A stretch of DNA of 64,000 nucleotides from Microthyrium microscopicum (GCA_010405405.1 MU004234.1:2701697-2765696), one strand, 5' to 3'. Positions 35,180 through 47,583 are shown, numbered from the stretch's first letter. Program-made: numbers and translations. Notes: a model not told the origin generated them from the letters alone.

Positions 35180-36596
35180 TTTGGCGAAAGAAAGTGGAAT
35201 AGAAAATTGATACTGGAACATTGATTATTTACGAGAACTGGAGCAACATCGACAGAGATATATGTCCCCATCCTCGATTTGGCTCCGCTCATAGTGAATG
35301 TTCGGTGCATGAACTTGCTGGTTTCCTGTTTCTAGAACTCTTGGCCTAAGCAAAGATCTGCTGGACTGGTGGCTGTGATACGAAAGAAGTTTGCTGCACA
35401 GAAGGGAAGATCACATGGAAGGGTTTTGTCATACAGAAAAGGCAATCTAGGCTGTCTTGAGTTCAGCATGTTTCCATGGAGGAACAGCATATAAGGCCGA
35501 GCTAAGAATTCTTCAGGGACAACGATGCCCAAGGGGGTTCAGGTTGGATCTTGGTCTTGACCGGGCAATTTCGAGTCTTCATTATGCCATAGCTTTGATA
35601 TGAGCGTTCGAAGTACCAGTCGCAATCACCGTGGTAGATTATCCAGCTGTATAGCGCCCGAAACTTGGCTCTGACTTCACAAAAGTGAAAAAGACTTGGG
35701 CCCGCTGGGCAGAGGCTTTTTGTTTGACCCTGAGTTTCACGATAGTTTTCCTGGGGTGTTCTGTGAATGCGCTCGCTCATCTATACTTCTAGGCCGAGAC
35801 TGTATACTCAGAATTTAGTACTGATCCAGTGCCAGGAGTTGATGTTGATCTTGTTTCACCTTGCCAGAACATTACTGCCCATGTGTATCTGCCATTTTCC
35901 CGACATGAGAATACTTGGAATTAATGCCTAATAGTTGACTTTGCAAGAAACAGAACTGATAGTTGTGATCAGCCCAATTGTTTGGCAACATGAAACCACT
36001 ATTTGGATTCTGGATTTGCAACCCTGATTCTGGTGGCAGTCGAAGGTAATGTCAACAGAAAATCCTCGGGTTAAAAACTATCGACATGGAATCCCAAGAA
36101 AAAGATATCGAAATGTGCCAAAATTCTTCAGTTCCCCTCGAATGCCATTGTGCTAAAATACTGTCCAAAGACACTGGCGTATTCGATGCCGCGTGAAACC
36201 GTATTTCAGAGATACGACACTGAATCCTCACAATAGGTAAAGGTTTATGGAAAACAAGTCAGTACCCTAACATTGGATTGTCATCGCTGGCTTAGAGGAT
36301 GATGGCAGACCGGCGACCGCAAAGTAGAGTACAGTAGTGACTTACCAGTGCCACCCGTGAGCCTATTATCTCTATTTGTGTTGCTTGAGATACATTCCCC
36401 GCATTTTTAGAGCTAGGCTGTGCTGTGTTGTGTGTCTTTCGCTCCTGGCTGATTGCTTGACTTGTTGCATCTTGGGAACTACATTTGATGCTCCTAATTT
36501 CCTAATACATTGCCAGAAATTGCGCTGGGATTCTAGACTGAAGTGTTTGAATGAAGATTGGCCTAAAATTCTGTGACTTTTCCATCTCTTTGTAAA

Positions 36597-37283
36597 ATGG
36601 CAGCATCAGCCTCTTTCAAAATCCATGCAAAGCCAGGTACTGACATTTGGCGAAAGCCACCTCACGCCGATGTGTTCAATGGTAAGTCTCTGTCCGTCCA
36701 ATATTTGATCTATGCACTGGTGCTAACAATCACAGCTCCAACGGCCATTCCACCAGGAGTGAAATCAACCTCGGGGCCTCTCAACACTTTTGTTTCGGTG
36801 CAAGCGTCGGTGTCATTTGCGTGGAAGGAGCGTTATGATCAAGCAGGATTGCTACTGTGCCTTCGAAAGCGGTCAGTCAGTGAGGAGCAATCAGTGGAAT
36901 TGACAACAGCACCACCAGCCAAATGGATCAAAACTGGAATCGAGTTCTATAATGGCAAGCCTATGCTTTCTACCGTAGCCTGTGATGCATGGGCAGATTG
37001 GAGTGTTACCCCAAGAACTATGGGTGCCGGTGCATCTGCAACGGCAACGTGGACAACGCTCTCAATTGAAAAGGAACAAGATGAGAATGGTGTGAGTCTC
37101 TGGGTATATCACATCGATGATCTTGGGGAGAAGATACCCTTGCGTGAAATTACCTGGGTTTTTGGACATGATCCAGATCGGTGGAACATCGAGGTTCTGG
37201 CCATGGCAGCGAGGCCAGAGAAGAGTGCTATTGATATATTGGAGGTTTCCATCAAAGACATGGCAATAGAGTGGAACAATTGA
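36597..37283 (+). CDS. DUF1349 (Ree1-like, concanavalin-fold) protein
   Basis: TDIWRKPP, YDQAGL, KWIKTGIEFY, WADWS, PLREITW, AARP motifs. 54-nt intron at 36682-36735. Confidence 0.85.
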   Translation: MAASASFKIHAKPGTDIWRKPPHADVFNGKSLSVQYLIYALVLTITAPTAIPPGVKSTSGPLNTFVSVQASVSFAWKERYDQAGLLLCLRKRSVSEEQSVELTTAPPAKWIKTGIEFYNGKPMLSTVACDAWADWSVTPRTMGAGASATATWTTLSIEKEQDENGVSLWVYHIDDLGEKIPLREITWVFGHDPDRWNIEVLAMAARPEKSAIDILEVSIKDMAIEWNN

Positions 37284-37882
37284 GATTCACCGTTAGGTCG
37301 CAAGTCCATGATATGCACCTCAAAGAGAACATGTACAGCAAGAACCTCAAACGCACTCGATGAGACCAGCACAATACATCTCTAGACTCATGGAGTAGAA
37401 CTTGCTATCATTTCAAATTCTAGACCATCTCTACGAAGCAACATGCATTGAGTCGCATATGAGCCGTCGTAACAGCAAATCAGTATTGAAAGGTTTCCCG
37501 CTCAAATCTTTGTATTCCAAAGAAAAGCGGGTTAAGATCCAATAGCCATACAGAATGTGTGCCATCAGTCTTTGGCTTGCATGTGTTGCGGAAGTATTTC
37601 GTTCTTCGCCTACATATTGGCCCCCAAAACTCGACCCCAACTATTTCGGACCCCAAAGCTCTCCCGATTAGGCATTGAGCACCAAACTATCTACAACACC
37701 GGAATCAGGCTGCAGTACACGTGGATCTGATGGCAAGCAGTTGGGGTGGCAGTGTTGATCTTCACAATCGCGAATCGTCCACCATATAAATCAGTCAACA
37801 TTTCCTTTATTTGATATAGAACTCCTACTTCCAGCTAAGACGTTCCAGATATATCCAATCAAGCCATACGAAAACATCCGCC

Positions 37883-38551
37883 ATGACTGAACCATACTGG
37901 ACTGTCAGTGACGAGGCCAGCCTCGAAACCCTCACTTCAGAAAACACGTTCGTCCTAGTCGATTTCTTCGCCGACTGGTGTCCTGCCTGTCAAAAAATTG
38001 CTCCAGACTTCTCCGAGCTCGCCATGAACTATAACGATGAGGGCACACTCACCTTTGCCAGGGTGGACACGGAAGCAGCAAAAGATCTGGCTATAGCATA
38101 CAACATTGAGTCTATTCCTACCTTCATCCTCTTCAAGAATGGAGCGATTGTAGACAGTGTCCAGGGAGCTGATCTGAATGCTGTTATCGACATGGTCAAC
38201 AATCAAGAAGATGTAACATCAACTCTGCAGCTCACGAGTGTAGAAGTTACCACGGTGGAAGTTACCAAGATAACAACAATGACTGCGGAACTAGAAGTGG
38301 CTGAAGATGACGAGGATACCGAGGAGGTAGAAGCTACTGAAGAAGACGGCGAGGAAGAAGGGGTGGAAGAGGACACTGAAGAGGTTTATGTTCAGGAAAC
38401 CGAAGAGATCTATGTTGAAGAAGATGTCGAAGTTGAGGACGATGTTGAAGTTGAGGACGATGTTGAAGTTGAGGAAGATGTTGAAGTTGAGGAAGATGTT
38501 GAAGTTGAAGAAGACACTGAAATAGTTGAGGAAGAGGAGGAGGAAGAGTAA
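37883..38551 (+). CDS. thioredoxin domain protein with long acidic C-terminal tail
   Basis: VLVDFFADWCPACQKIAP...IPTFILFKNG...GAD, followed by ~80 residues dominated by E/D/V. TATAAA ~95 bp upstream. Confidence 0.9.
   Translation: MTEPYWTVSDEASLETLTSENTFVLVDFFADWCPACQKIAPDFSELAMNYNDEGTLTFARVDTEAAKDLAIAYNIESIPTFILFKNGAIVDSVQGADLNAVIDMVNNQEDVTSTLQLTSVEVTTVEVTKITTMTAELEVAEDDEDTEEVEATEEDGEEEGVEEDTEEVYVQETEEIYVEEDVEVEDDVEVEDDVEVEEDVEVEEDVEVEEDTEIVEEEEEEE
38413..38515 (+). repeat. 18-bp coding minisatellite (VEEDVE/VEDDVE x ~5.5)
   Basis: Tandem GTTGAGGA(A/C)GATGTTGAA units inside the thioredoxin tail. Confidence 0.85.
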
Positions 38552-39052
38552 CTGCAATCATAAATTCCTGTCTTGATATCAACCCCAGAGCAGGATGATG
38601 GCAGGCAAGGCAGTATGACGGCTAGCAACTGGGTATTAGTGAAATGATGGCTTCATCTGCAAATCCTTCCGTTGACAAAGTACAAGTCTTCTTCATTTTC
38701 TACTTCGCTGCTTTCATCTTATATTGGTTTTCTAATTCTGTTGGTTTTTGTGTATTTGTTGGATTTTCCACTCCAGTTTCAAATGGTCATACAGAATAGA
38801 AGCCATGCAAAGAAGCAGACAACGGGTTGGCAGAATGAATGGCGCGCTCCCATTAGCCTCGTTGGCTCCCAGAGGCCACATTTCTTTATTGAGTGCTTTA
38901 TTTATCATGAAGGACGTTCAGACTCGAAAGGCGTATCGAATACAATGGGCATTATAGTACCTGTTATTAAGAGCGTTCGTGGCAGCCATCGGAGCTGATG
39001 GGTTGAATCAAGTCGAAATAAAACATTGACTGTGTTGATACTTCATTTTTCA

Positions 39053-40032
39053 ATGAAGGAAATCACACTGCACCTCAGGCTGGCCATAGGCGTCCTTTCT
39101 TGTCTGTCTTAGTATCTCCATGCAGCAAAGTTGCCATCTCCAGCTCTTGAGGCCATGACAAATTCTTTTACGTATAATAGGACCACTTTCTTACTGGATG
39201 GCAAGCCTTTTCAGATCATCGGAGGGCAAATGGATCCACAAAGATTTCCGCCCGAGTATTGCAGAGATCGGTCACTACCAAGGTATGGAAACGCTAGGTC
39301 AGTGTTATTGCTATATTCTTTACGAGCATGTGGTAACACAGCCAGCAACTGGATTTGTTCAGCCGAAATATCGTGCTCGTGATCGAGTCTTAGTATATGT
39401 GAATCGAATCCGTCGGGGAATCATTGACAGTCAGTACGAAAACCCTCCAAATGTGTATGTGACGTTGGAATTCGGGAGATACGATGCAATTGTTCATCGA
39501 ATTCTTGGAAGAGTTGATTATCATTCTCGTGGGAACCCATACACTAATCATGTACACGACACATTCAAAGTAATTATGGGAAATGTCATAACTCATAGCT
39601 GGAAATGTCACACTTGATGGATGGGAGATCTTTCCCTTGCCCATGGAGGAAATATCATTCTTGGATGAAGCACCGAAGGCAAATGATTTCGATACCAAAG
39701 CAGGAAGTCCGCCAGTTATTTATCAAGGATCTTTTGTGATGGAAGGAGCTGAGAAAACGAACAATCCTGCTTTGCCAGATACATATCTCGAAATTCCCAA
39801 AGGTCCGAGGGGTGTGGTCTGGATCAATGTCTTCAATCTGGGTCGCTATTGGTACGTGGGTCCTCAGAAATCGCTCTATCTGCCCGGCACGCTTATCAAA
39901 CCCGGCAAGGAGAATACAATAGTTGTCTTGGAGCTAGAACCAGGTCTAAGAAATGGCAGTATGATGGCCTTTGGATCAGTTGAGCGAGCCTGGGGCAAGA
40001 ATCTGGACATTAACTGTTCAAATTGTGTATGA
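39053..40032 (+). pseudogene. GH35 beta-galactosidase remnant
   Basis: Signal-peptide region with an in-frame TAG. FTYNRTTFLLDGKPFQIIGGQMDPQR..PEY then jumps, with a frame change, to ETLGQ.Y.YILY, RARDRVLVYVN, LGRVDY and, in a third frame, GVVWINVFNLGRYWYVGPQKSLYLPG...VLELE. The catalytic barrel is missing. Confidence 0.88.
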
Positions 40033-40219
40033 TAGAGCTTGTAGATAAAGAGTATACCACAGATCTAAGGAGACCGCAAAATGAGATTGCCGTTCCGAAT
40101 GTAGATAGGTTGATATTTTACATGTAAGGCACAAAAGCTAAAGTATGTGACATCAGTCTCCGCGGAAGATGAAAGCAAATGTCCGAATCTGGTTGGATCT
40201 TTGTTTTCTCAAGGCGCTT

Positions 40220-42039
40220 CTATGCTTGGTATTTGAACCCGCCTGCGCGTTTCCAGAACCCATACGGGTCCATTTGCCTCTGTATCTGACTGAGCCTTTG
40301 GACATTTTTGTAACTCGAAGTAACTTCTTGATCGTAGGCGGCATCGTTCATAAACAAGGGCACATATGTTTCCGATACAATGCTGGAGCTCGTCTTATTG
40401 GTAATGATTCTCTTTTCAACCATATCCGTCAGGCTTTTGCCTATTTGCCACACGAGCTTGTCATCTTCTGCCTTATTCCAAACAAAGTTAAGTTCGATGA
40501 TGAAGCGATTCTTGTCCTGCGACGAAAGCCCCATCGCATTCCCTCCTCTTTTCTCAGATTGTTTGCCGATAAGGTTTGGAAAGGCCTGGAACGCGAGAGT
40601 TCCCATGCTGATGTAGCTTTTGCTAGTCAAAGAATTGGTGAGATTCGAAAAAGCGCTTTCAATCTCTTTGTAGACATCGGGGCGGTCAGTCATATAAGGT
40701 AGGGTGAGACTACGGAACGATGTCCTTAAACCTGTTGCATCTGCACCTAAGCTATTGAAAGCAAGTAGCTCTGGGTATGTTCGTGTTTTGCATAGATCAA
40801 GTGTTGGCTTGATATCGCCTAACTTGCCGAAGGCGCCTTTGGGTGGAGTTGCACCGTCGTAGAAGAAGTACACCATATAAAACGAAGAATTGAAAAGTAT
40901 ATGAGCCGAGTCAACGATGATTGCAGCTTTGGGATCTGCGCTCGGGTTCCCAACAAACTCGTGGAAGCCTTGTAAGATTTGATCGCGGTACCCGCTTGTG
41001 AAGATACGATATCCGCCCCATACTTGGTCAATAGGATGAGTGTTGAGGGTGAATTGAGTCACGATGCCTGCTAATGTCAATTGTGCTAATATCAAAGGAA
41101 GTTTCAAGACTGTACCTACCTAGTTGTTCTCCGCTCCCTCGTAGTGCAACTGCAAGGTCTGGATGGCTTTCTGGAGTAACGTGGACAACTGAGCCATTTG
41201 CTGTGACAAGCTCCCAGCCGACCACATTCTAAATGCTGTTAGTGGCTGCTTCCAGGGTTTTCAAGAATACAGACATCTGCGGCCAGACCATATTGAGCAC
41301 TTAAAAATGAAAGACCTCCTTGTGTCAAATAGCCACCGATTCCAACTATGCCAAGTCGGCCACCCACAGCTGTCACGCCCTCTTTGGCCAGTGGAGTGAT
41401 TACATCAGTCCCTGTTATCAAAGTGCATTAGCCATAGCAACCGTGGGACAGTATCGGGTGAGGAATTAGGAGGAGCTTTGGAATGGAGAAGGACATACAA
41501 GGCCCACCAGGCTTGACGAATGCGACTTTCTTATCGGCCGCGAGGGTTGTACCTCTCATATTATTCAATGATAGTAGAACACCATCACTGATACTAGAAT
41601 GACCAGGGTTGGGATCATGCCCGCTATCTCTTGTCAATGAAATGGTTCTTTTGAGTAATTGGCGGTAAGGCGTGGTAAGGATAGATTATGAAGTAAGGAA
41701 ACACAACAAAAATATATTCACTTACCCGCTCTTGATTACAAACTTCACATCGGGGAATTGATGCAGTGCTTTGACAGTAGCAGAGACATGTTCTGCAGTT
41801 ATGGGAAGCACAATACATGTTGGCTTAATGTCTCGAAGTGCAACATTCCAATATGTCTTCAACTCGGCGTCATAAGCTTTTTTTGATAATCCACTTGCAA
41901 ATGCGATTTGATCGGGGACGACATTTGCAATTGCTTGACACGCTTGTTCCGTTCGTGCAGGCGGAGCACCTGAAGCTTGTTGAAAGTCAAGCAGCAAAGC
42001 GATCAGAGTAGCTAACCGCGGAAGAGATTTGAGAGGCAT
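40220..42039 (-). CDS. secreted FAD-linked oxidoreductase (BBE-like / AA7, FAD-binding PCMH)
   Basis: Signal peptide; ACQAI; P.CIVLP.TAEHVS; F.IKSG|GHDPNPG (His for covalent FAD); VGGRLG.VG.GG; YGLAAD; DLAVALRGSG..GIVTQF; FMNDA; DPYGFW. Several GT-AG introns join the ORF fragments. Confidence 0.9.
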
Positions 42040-43134
42040 TATAGTAAAAAGTAGTTGAAAAGTTTGTTCTAACGACCTGGAGCCAAGAAGGGTGTTTCAT
42101 GCTTTTCTACAACTCGAAACTGCAAGCCGCCTCGTGGATTATTGCTCAAACTATTGCTCAAATAGGTACAAGTAGATTACTCACAGGTAATGTTTCTACA
42201 AAGATCATGCTGATATCACAAGTGACGTATAGAGAAGCTTTGCCTAGGAAGAGCACTCCATGCCGAACCCGAATGCTGAGCTCGACTTGTTTGCACGTGT
42301 TGATTACACAGGTAGCTGCGACAAAATCTAAGTATTCTCCGAACCCTTATTTAAAAAAACAGTCTAAAAAGTATGATCTGTTCATACCTGATGAATGCGA
42401 ATGAACTTCGGAACGAGCTAGGACTTTCAACATTTTCGGAGAACATGTGAGATACGCTAGGAATACATTCACTCACAACGGGTCGTTCCGTGAGCGGAGG
42501 TCTCATCCCAGAAGATAGAGGGCTCGCGGTGACTTATGACAGGATCTCATTCCAGGTTCGATTATGTTCTACCAATCTGATATCGTCAAACAAGAGATTT
42601 GCCATCGCACAGGGCACGTCTACGGGTCGTTCCGCGAGCGACGTCTATGCGCTGGGAAATCAATATATTGATTGATTCTTACCAACTTTTTTAACGCAGA
42701 CCTGGAAAACTGTCAGGCGGTTGGTTCGTAGGCTGTGTCTCTGGCTGGTTGTAGTGCAGAGGTTCAACCCGGCTTATAGGTATGCCGTCACTAATCAAGA
42801 TGGATCTCTAGTTCAATAGCCTGGAATGTCTTTCTAGCGGATATCTATCAAAGTTCAGGCGAATGGCACCTAGGATACTGGTCTCGCTAATGGATGCTCG
42901 CCACCAGGATGATTTCGTTTCACAAATATCACTTTGAATGGGTAGGTGCTATTGCCTCAATGATACATAAGATAAGTAACTTCTATTGCGCACTGATGAA
43001 TGAGAAAGTTCTATCCGTTCCTAATGAAATTTGAAAGCTTGTCTGACAAGACTTCCGCACATTAGATATCTAATACTGCTTGAGGTATCCGACCAGAGAT
43101 CCGTGCCACGGTCAGAAGTGACTAGTCTTTCAAC

Positions 43135-44666
43135 ATGTTGATTTTACTGTTGTTAGCCAGCTTTACGGCACAGAGTTTGGCTTTGCCATCTACCCTCACT
43201 CACTGTAAAGTCTCGAATCAAAGGGATAGGAATACTTCTGACTTTCACAGACACCAAAAGAGATGGTCCAGGTGGTCACAGTAAAGACGAGCCTGGTATG
43301 GCGGGTATGGATCATAGCGGCATGTCTGGCGGCGGCATGTCTGGCGGTGGTATGGCAGGTGGGCTGGCAGACATCTTGTTACAATCCCCGTACACTCAGA
43401 AGCTACTGAACATGGTAGTTGGAGTATTTCCAGTCATGAAGACTGCCAAAAGCGATTTGAATATGCCATCGACTTTCAAAAGGCAGGGAGCTAAAAAGGC
43501 AAATATACGATTTGGGCCATTCGATATTGTTGATGCAAAGACAAGAGCCAAGACCAAGAATCCAAGTCTTCTTGCCATGGATCCTGGCGGAACCAGTTTC
43601 ATGAATAAGATTACAGATTTTCCGAAAGACATCAGCCTTCTGGACGCGGTTGTAAAGCTGGTGTATGAAGATGGTTCACCTGCTGCTGTGGCCAATGGAA
43701 TTTACAATCATCATGTTGCTTTCTTGAACACAGCAAAGTTACCCCCGGCAATGGCAGCATGTCCAGGCCAGGCAGCAAAACTGGGCGTTCCAGTTTCTGT
43801 GTTTGTAGCAACAGGCGAGGATGGAAACAGCTACAATTATACACCCGACCTTCCTGGTTTCAACAGCGGTTATTATATTGGACCAAACGATGGCATCGCT
43901 GTTCTTGCAGAGATTGTTAATTACACGAACGAAACGAAAAAGGTCTACGCAAGTGTAGACTACAACTATGTGTCCGGCAAGCCAAAGTATGATGTTAGCA
44001 GTGTGACACTGAGTGTCACCCAGTGCAATTCCAACGCCAATGTTGGTATCAAACCAGAGAAAGGTCAAATGGTTTTTGGGATGGCTAGCAAGAATATGAC
44101 TGTTCAGATGGATGGATATATCTTTGCCGTGCGAGGTCATCTTCATGACGGGGGTGATTATGTTGGATTGGAGGTCAATGGCAAGCCAGTGTGCAAGTCC
44201 AAAGCAATCTACGGAGGTGAGATATCTCTATAAGCTGCTGAAATTCCATGCTAACAACTTTCAGGCAAAGAAGGAACTTCTGCAGCTGGTGATTGGCAAA
44301 CAGTCTCAGACATGTCCACTTGCAAGGACCCAGTACCAGTCAAGAAGGGTGATCTGCTTGTTGTCAATGCGAAATACGATTTAAAGTCGCACCCTGCGTA
44401 TGTTTCAATCATTATAGAGGCCAGAGGTTGAATGCTAATCGCTTGATAGTCGATCACACAGTGGAGGAGGAGAAGCAGAAGAGATGGGCTTAGCTATGTT
44501 CACATTTGCTACAACAACGGATTCCGGAAAATCTGCTCCAGCCACTCCTTCTGCGCCGGCCTTGTCCGCCCCAAATTCTTCTGCCTCCTCAGCGGGAGAT
44601 GGTGGTCTGGGTAGCTTGCTATCTTCTGCTATAGGTGGCATATTTGGCGCTTCGAGACCGGTTTGA
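43135..44666 (+). CDS. secreted protein with copper type-II monooxygenase-like motifs (HH, HxH, EM) and Met/His/Gly N-terminal segment
   Basis: ATG 43135 signal peptide; introns 43205-43250, 44217-44264 and 44398-44449; Kex2-like KR; MAGMDHSGMSGGGMSGGGM; GIYNHHVAF; RGHLHDGG; CKSKAIY; DMSTC; YDLKSHP; EEMGLA. The gene model is solid; the function is inferred. Confidence 0.75.
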
Positions 44667-45304
44667 TTTCCAAAAGTCATTACAGGGTTTACCTGAGCTA
44701 CTAAGAGCCGAGAGAGACATATTGTAGAGAACTTTCCTCTATTTCATGAGGACTAGAAGTTCTTCTTGGAGGCTGGTCATTCATTTACATGCTTCGTTAA
44801 AATATACCATTCGCTATTGTTCAATCATTTCTCGCGTATGGGCTATCAAGTAAGGAAACCATTTTTATGATTGACTGTAAGATTTGCCTCAAACACGTTA
44901 TGATTTGGTGACAGGAAAGGTGTCTTTCAATTAAATGCAGTGACTACCACTTTGCGCTTGGAAGAGAGATTTTTATGCAGATTGTGTTCATCAGCTGTCT
45001 CTTATGGCATTGGCGAAATGCACGCGCCGGTGACTGCGACTAAATGCCACGACTGGGGCTGATCTACTCTATATTGGACTTACCGAAGGAGGGTTATGAT
45101 GTCTGCATAATTCTTCATTGGATAGCCCTGCTCCACTGTTTTGACTTTATGAAACTGCGATAAATACCTCCTCAAAATATTCGAAGGGTGCAAAGTTGAG
45201 TCTACAGTCAATGTTTCATTTTTTCTCGTAACTTGGAATGACATCGTTGCCTTTTGCCCCAGTCAATACTAAATAATTCAATTGACTGTGAGCAGACAGC
45301 TCTG

Positions 45305-46561
45305 ATGAGTGACAGCACGTTTGAACCTGGGCACAAGAAGTCTCGCAAGGGTTGTAAGCAATGTAGGAGGAAACACGTCAAGGTACTCACTTTCTTGAAA
45401 GAAGCTTAGAAACACATCTGCGATTCTGGTTATATAACTTACACTCATACTAGTGCGATGAACGGATTCCATGCGGACGATGCGTTCGAAGAAAAGAGGA
45501 ATGTGATCTTCTTGTTCCCCAAAGATTAGCATCCGAGGACTCTTTGACACAAGAATCAGTTGAAGTGAGTGCTATCAGGGCTTGCAAAAGAAAAAGAATG
45601 ACACCACTAATCAATGAAATAGACATTGAACAGACTCATATATGTTATGCATCATTACACCCTCTACACAGCAGATAGCTTGATCGACAATGCAGAAATA
45701 CAAAGGCTATGGAAATATGTCTTTCCGGAAGAGGCTTTACGCCATCCATTTCTTACACAAGGTCTCTTGGCAATATCAGCGTTACATCTCACGTCTACGA
45801 GGCCGATAGAAAGATTAATTTGGACACCATTGGCATTGAAACACCAAAGCAGAGCTCTGCAACTCTTTCGTGCGACACTTCCTTGTGTTAACCAAGAGAA
45901 TTGCCATGCTCAATTTGCTCTGTCGATTTTGATAAGCGTCACATCGATGGCATTTTGCAGCTATGGAACAGCACTCGGGCCCGGTCAAAGTCTTCCCATC
46001 AACGATGTCACTGAAGCTTTTACCTTGATCCGAGGGGTCGGTGAACTCTTGAGTGTTGCTACTGAATGGCTTACCGCTGGTCCTTTAAGTACAATACTCA
46101 CCACTCATTTCGAAGATGCTCCCGAAAATTCGGCAACTAATCGAGTCATTGATCTGAGTCCTATCAAAAATCTAAGCCGGATGGTACAGGAAATGTGTCC
46201 AGATCTTGACGTGCAGCGAGATCTGTATTCATCGATTCATATCTTGGAATATGTCTACTCGCAGGTTCTTAAAGGCCAAGGCCGCGAGATTGGCAAAAAT
46301 CCCGGGGTAGGCTGGCAATGGCCAAGTGGAGTCAGTCCAGGATATACGGCTCTGTTACTAGATTCTCACGGTGGTGCCTTAGTGATCTACGCCCACTTTT
46401 CTTTACTCAGTTATACTTGGAGAGACAAGTGGTATCTTAACGGATGGGCCGAACGATCCATCGCCGCGATCGTGAAACATCTTTCTTCCGAGTGGTTGCA
46501 GTGGGTTGAATGGCCTATCGAACAAGTGAAAAATGGATTTCCTATTTTTAAAGAAGAGTAG
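45305..46561 (+). CDS. Zn(II)2Cys6 transcription factor (Upc2/Ecm22-like C-terminal domain)
   Basis: HKKSRKGCKQCRRKHVK|CDERIPCGRCVRRKEEC across intron 45383-45453; second intron 45565-45622; MHHYT...HPFLTQGLLAISALHL...LIRGV...WP...W.EWP. Confidence 0.9.
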
Positions 46562-46680
46562 AGAAAGACACCAATCACTTTCCCTTCTTAAAGTTTGCGA
46601 ATAAAGGTGTGTAGGAAGCGCAGCGCATTTGATACCTTTATAAAGTTTAAGAGATCCAGAACTTACAAGGCCCATGGAAG

Positions 46681-47583
46681 CGTTACTATTACTAGTAATA
46701 AAGTACTCGCTACTTGTGGATCTAACCCCTACCTCTAGTAGTAGGCGCTAGCTTAGTGTAACAAGCTACGGAACTTAAGTAAGTAGATAATTAGATTATA
46801 TTCTAGAATCTACGAATAAGAGAGAGAGGGAAGAAGATTTAGAAGAGCTATAGATCTATAAGGAAAGTAAGGCTACTTAGTAAATCCTTAAGTATACTAA
46901 CCTCCTTAAGTTTAGTACGTAATCTTATAATAAGATCTTTCTTATAATACTACTATAGAGCTTATAAAGAAAAATTATTATATAATTCCTTTCTTTAGTA
47001 TAGCTTTTTAAGCTATAGACTATTAATTATATTTATTTTTCTAATCTATTTTATTCTAATCTAGTTTAGTCTAGTTTAGTCTAGTCTAATTTAGTCTAGT
47101 CTAATAAACTTTTAGTAATAAATAATATTTTAATCCTTCTATAGTATAATACTAATTACTAGTTATTTAGAGTATCTTAACCTTTAGCTTACTAAGATAA
47201 CTATTAAGAAGTATTAATAAATCTTAAAATATTTTTAGAATACTCTAGTTCTTAAGTCTTAGTAGTCTAGTAGTTAGTAATCTTATTAATATAGAGAAAT
47301 TAGTAGTATAATTATTTATACTTTTTAATTAGTAGAAATACTATTAAAATTATAATTAATACTATTATTAGTAAGCTTTAATATTAATAGTATTTAGGTA
47401 AGATATAAGCTTAGCTTACTAGAGTACTAAGTATAAAACTTAGTAATAAACTCTAGTATATTCTTAGTAGCTATTTAATTATACTATTTAGCTTTATTAT
47501 AACTAGTATACTTAATTTTATATTATAGCTTCTTATATTAACTAGTAAAGTAGCTATTAATAATAGTATTAATAGACTATTTA
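46681..47583 (-). mobile_element. 3' end (probable 3' LTR + PPT) of a third, oldest retroelement
   Basis: On the minus strand, a (CTAGA/CTAAA)n array (47055-47105) precedes a purine run (AAAGAAAGGAA, ~46985-46997) and a ~300-bp terminal segment. The same order is seen before the outer element's 3' LTR at 63555-63650. Confidence 0.45.

Noticed and set aside
38291..38628. Repetitive antisense ORFs (FNIFLN, LQHLPQ, STSSST)
   Set aside because: They are reverse-frame readings of the thioredoxin minisatellite.
47040..47110. Short CTAGT/TTAGT repeats (also 63555-63610) as a CRISPR array or telomere
   Set aside because: They are 5-bp degenerate units with no spacers and are not TTAGGG; they lie in retroelement 3' regions.
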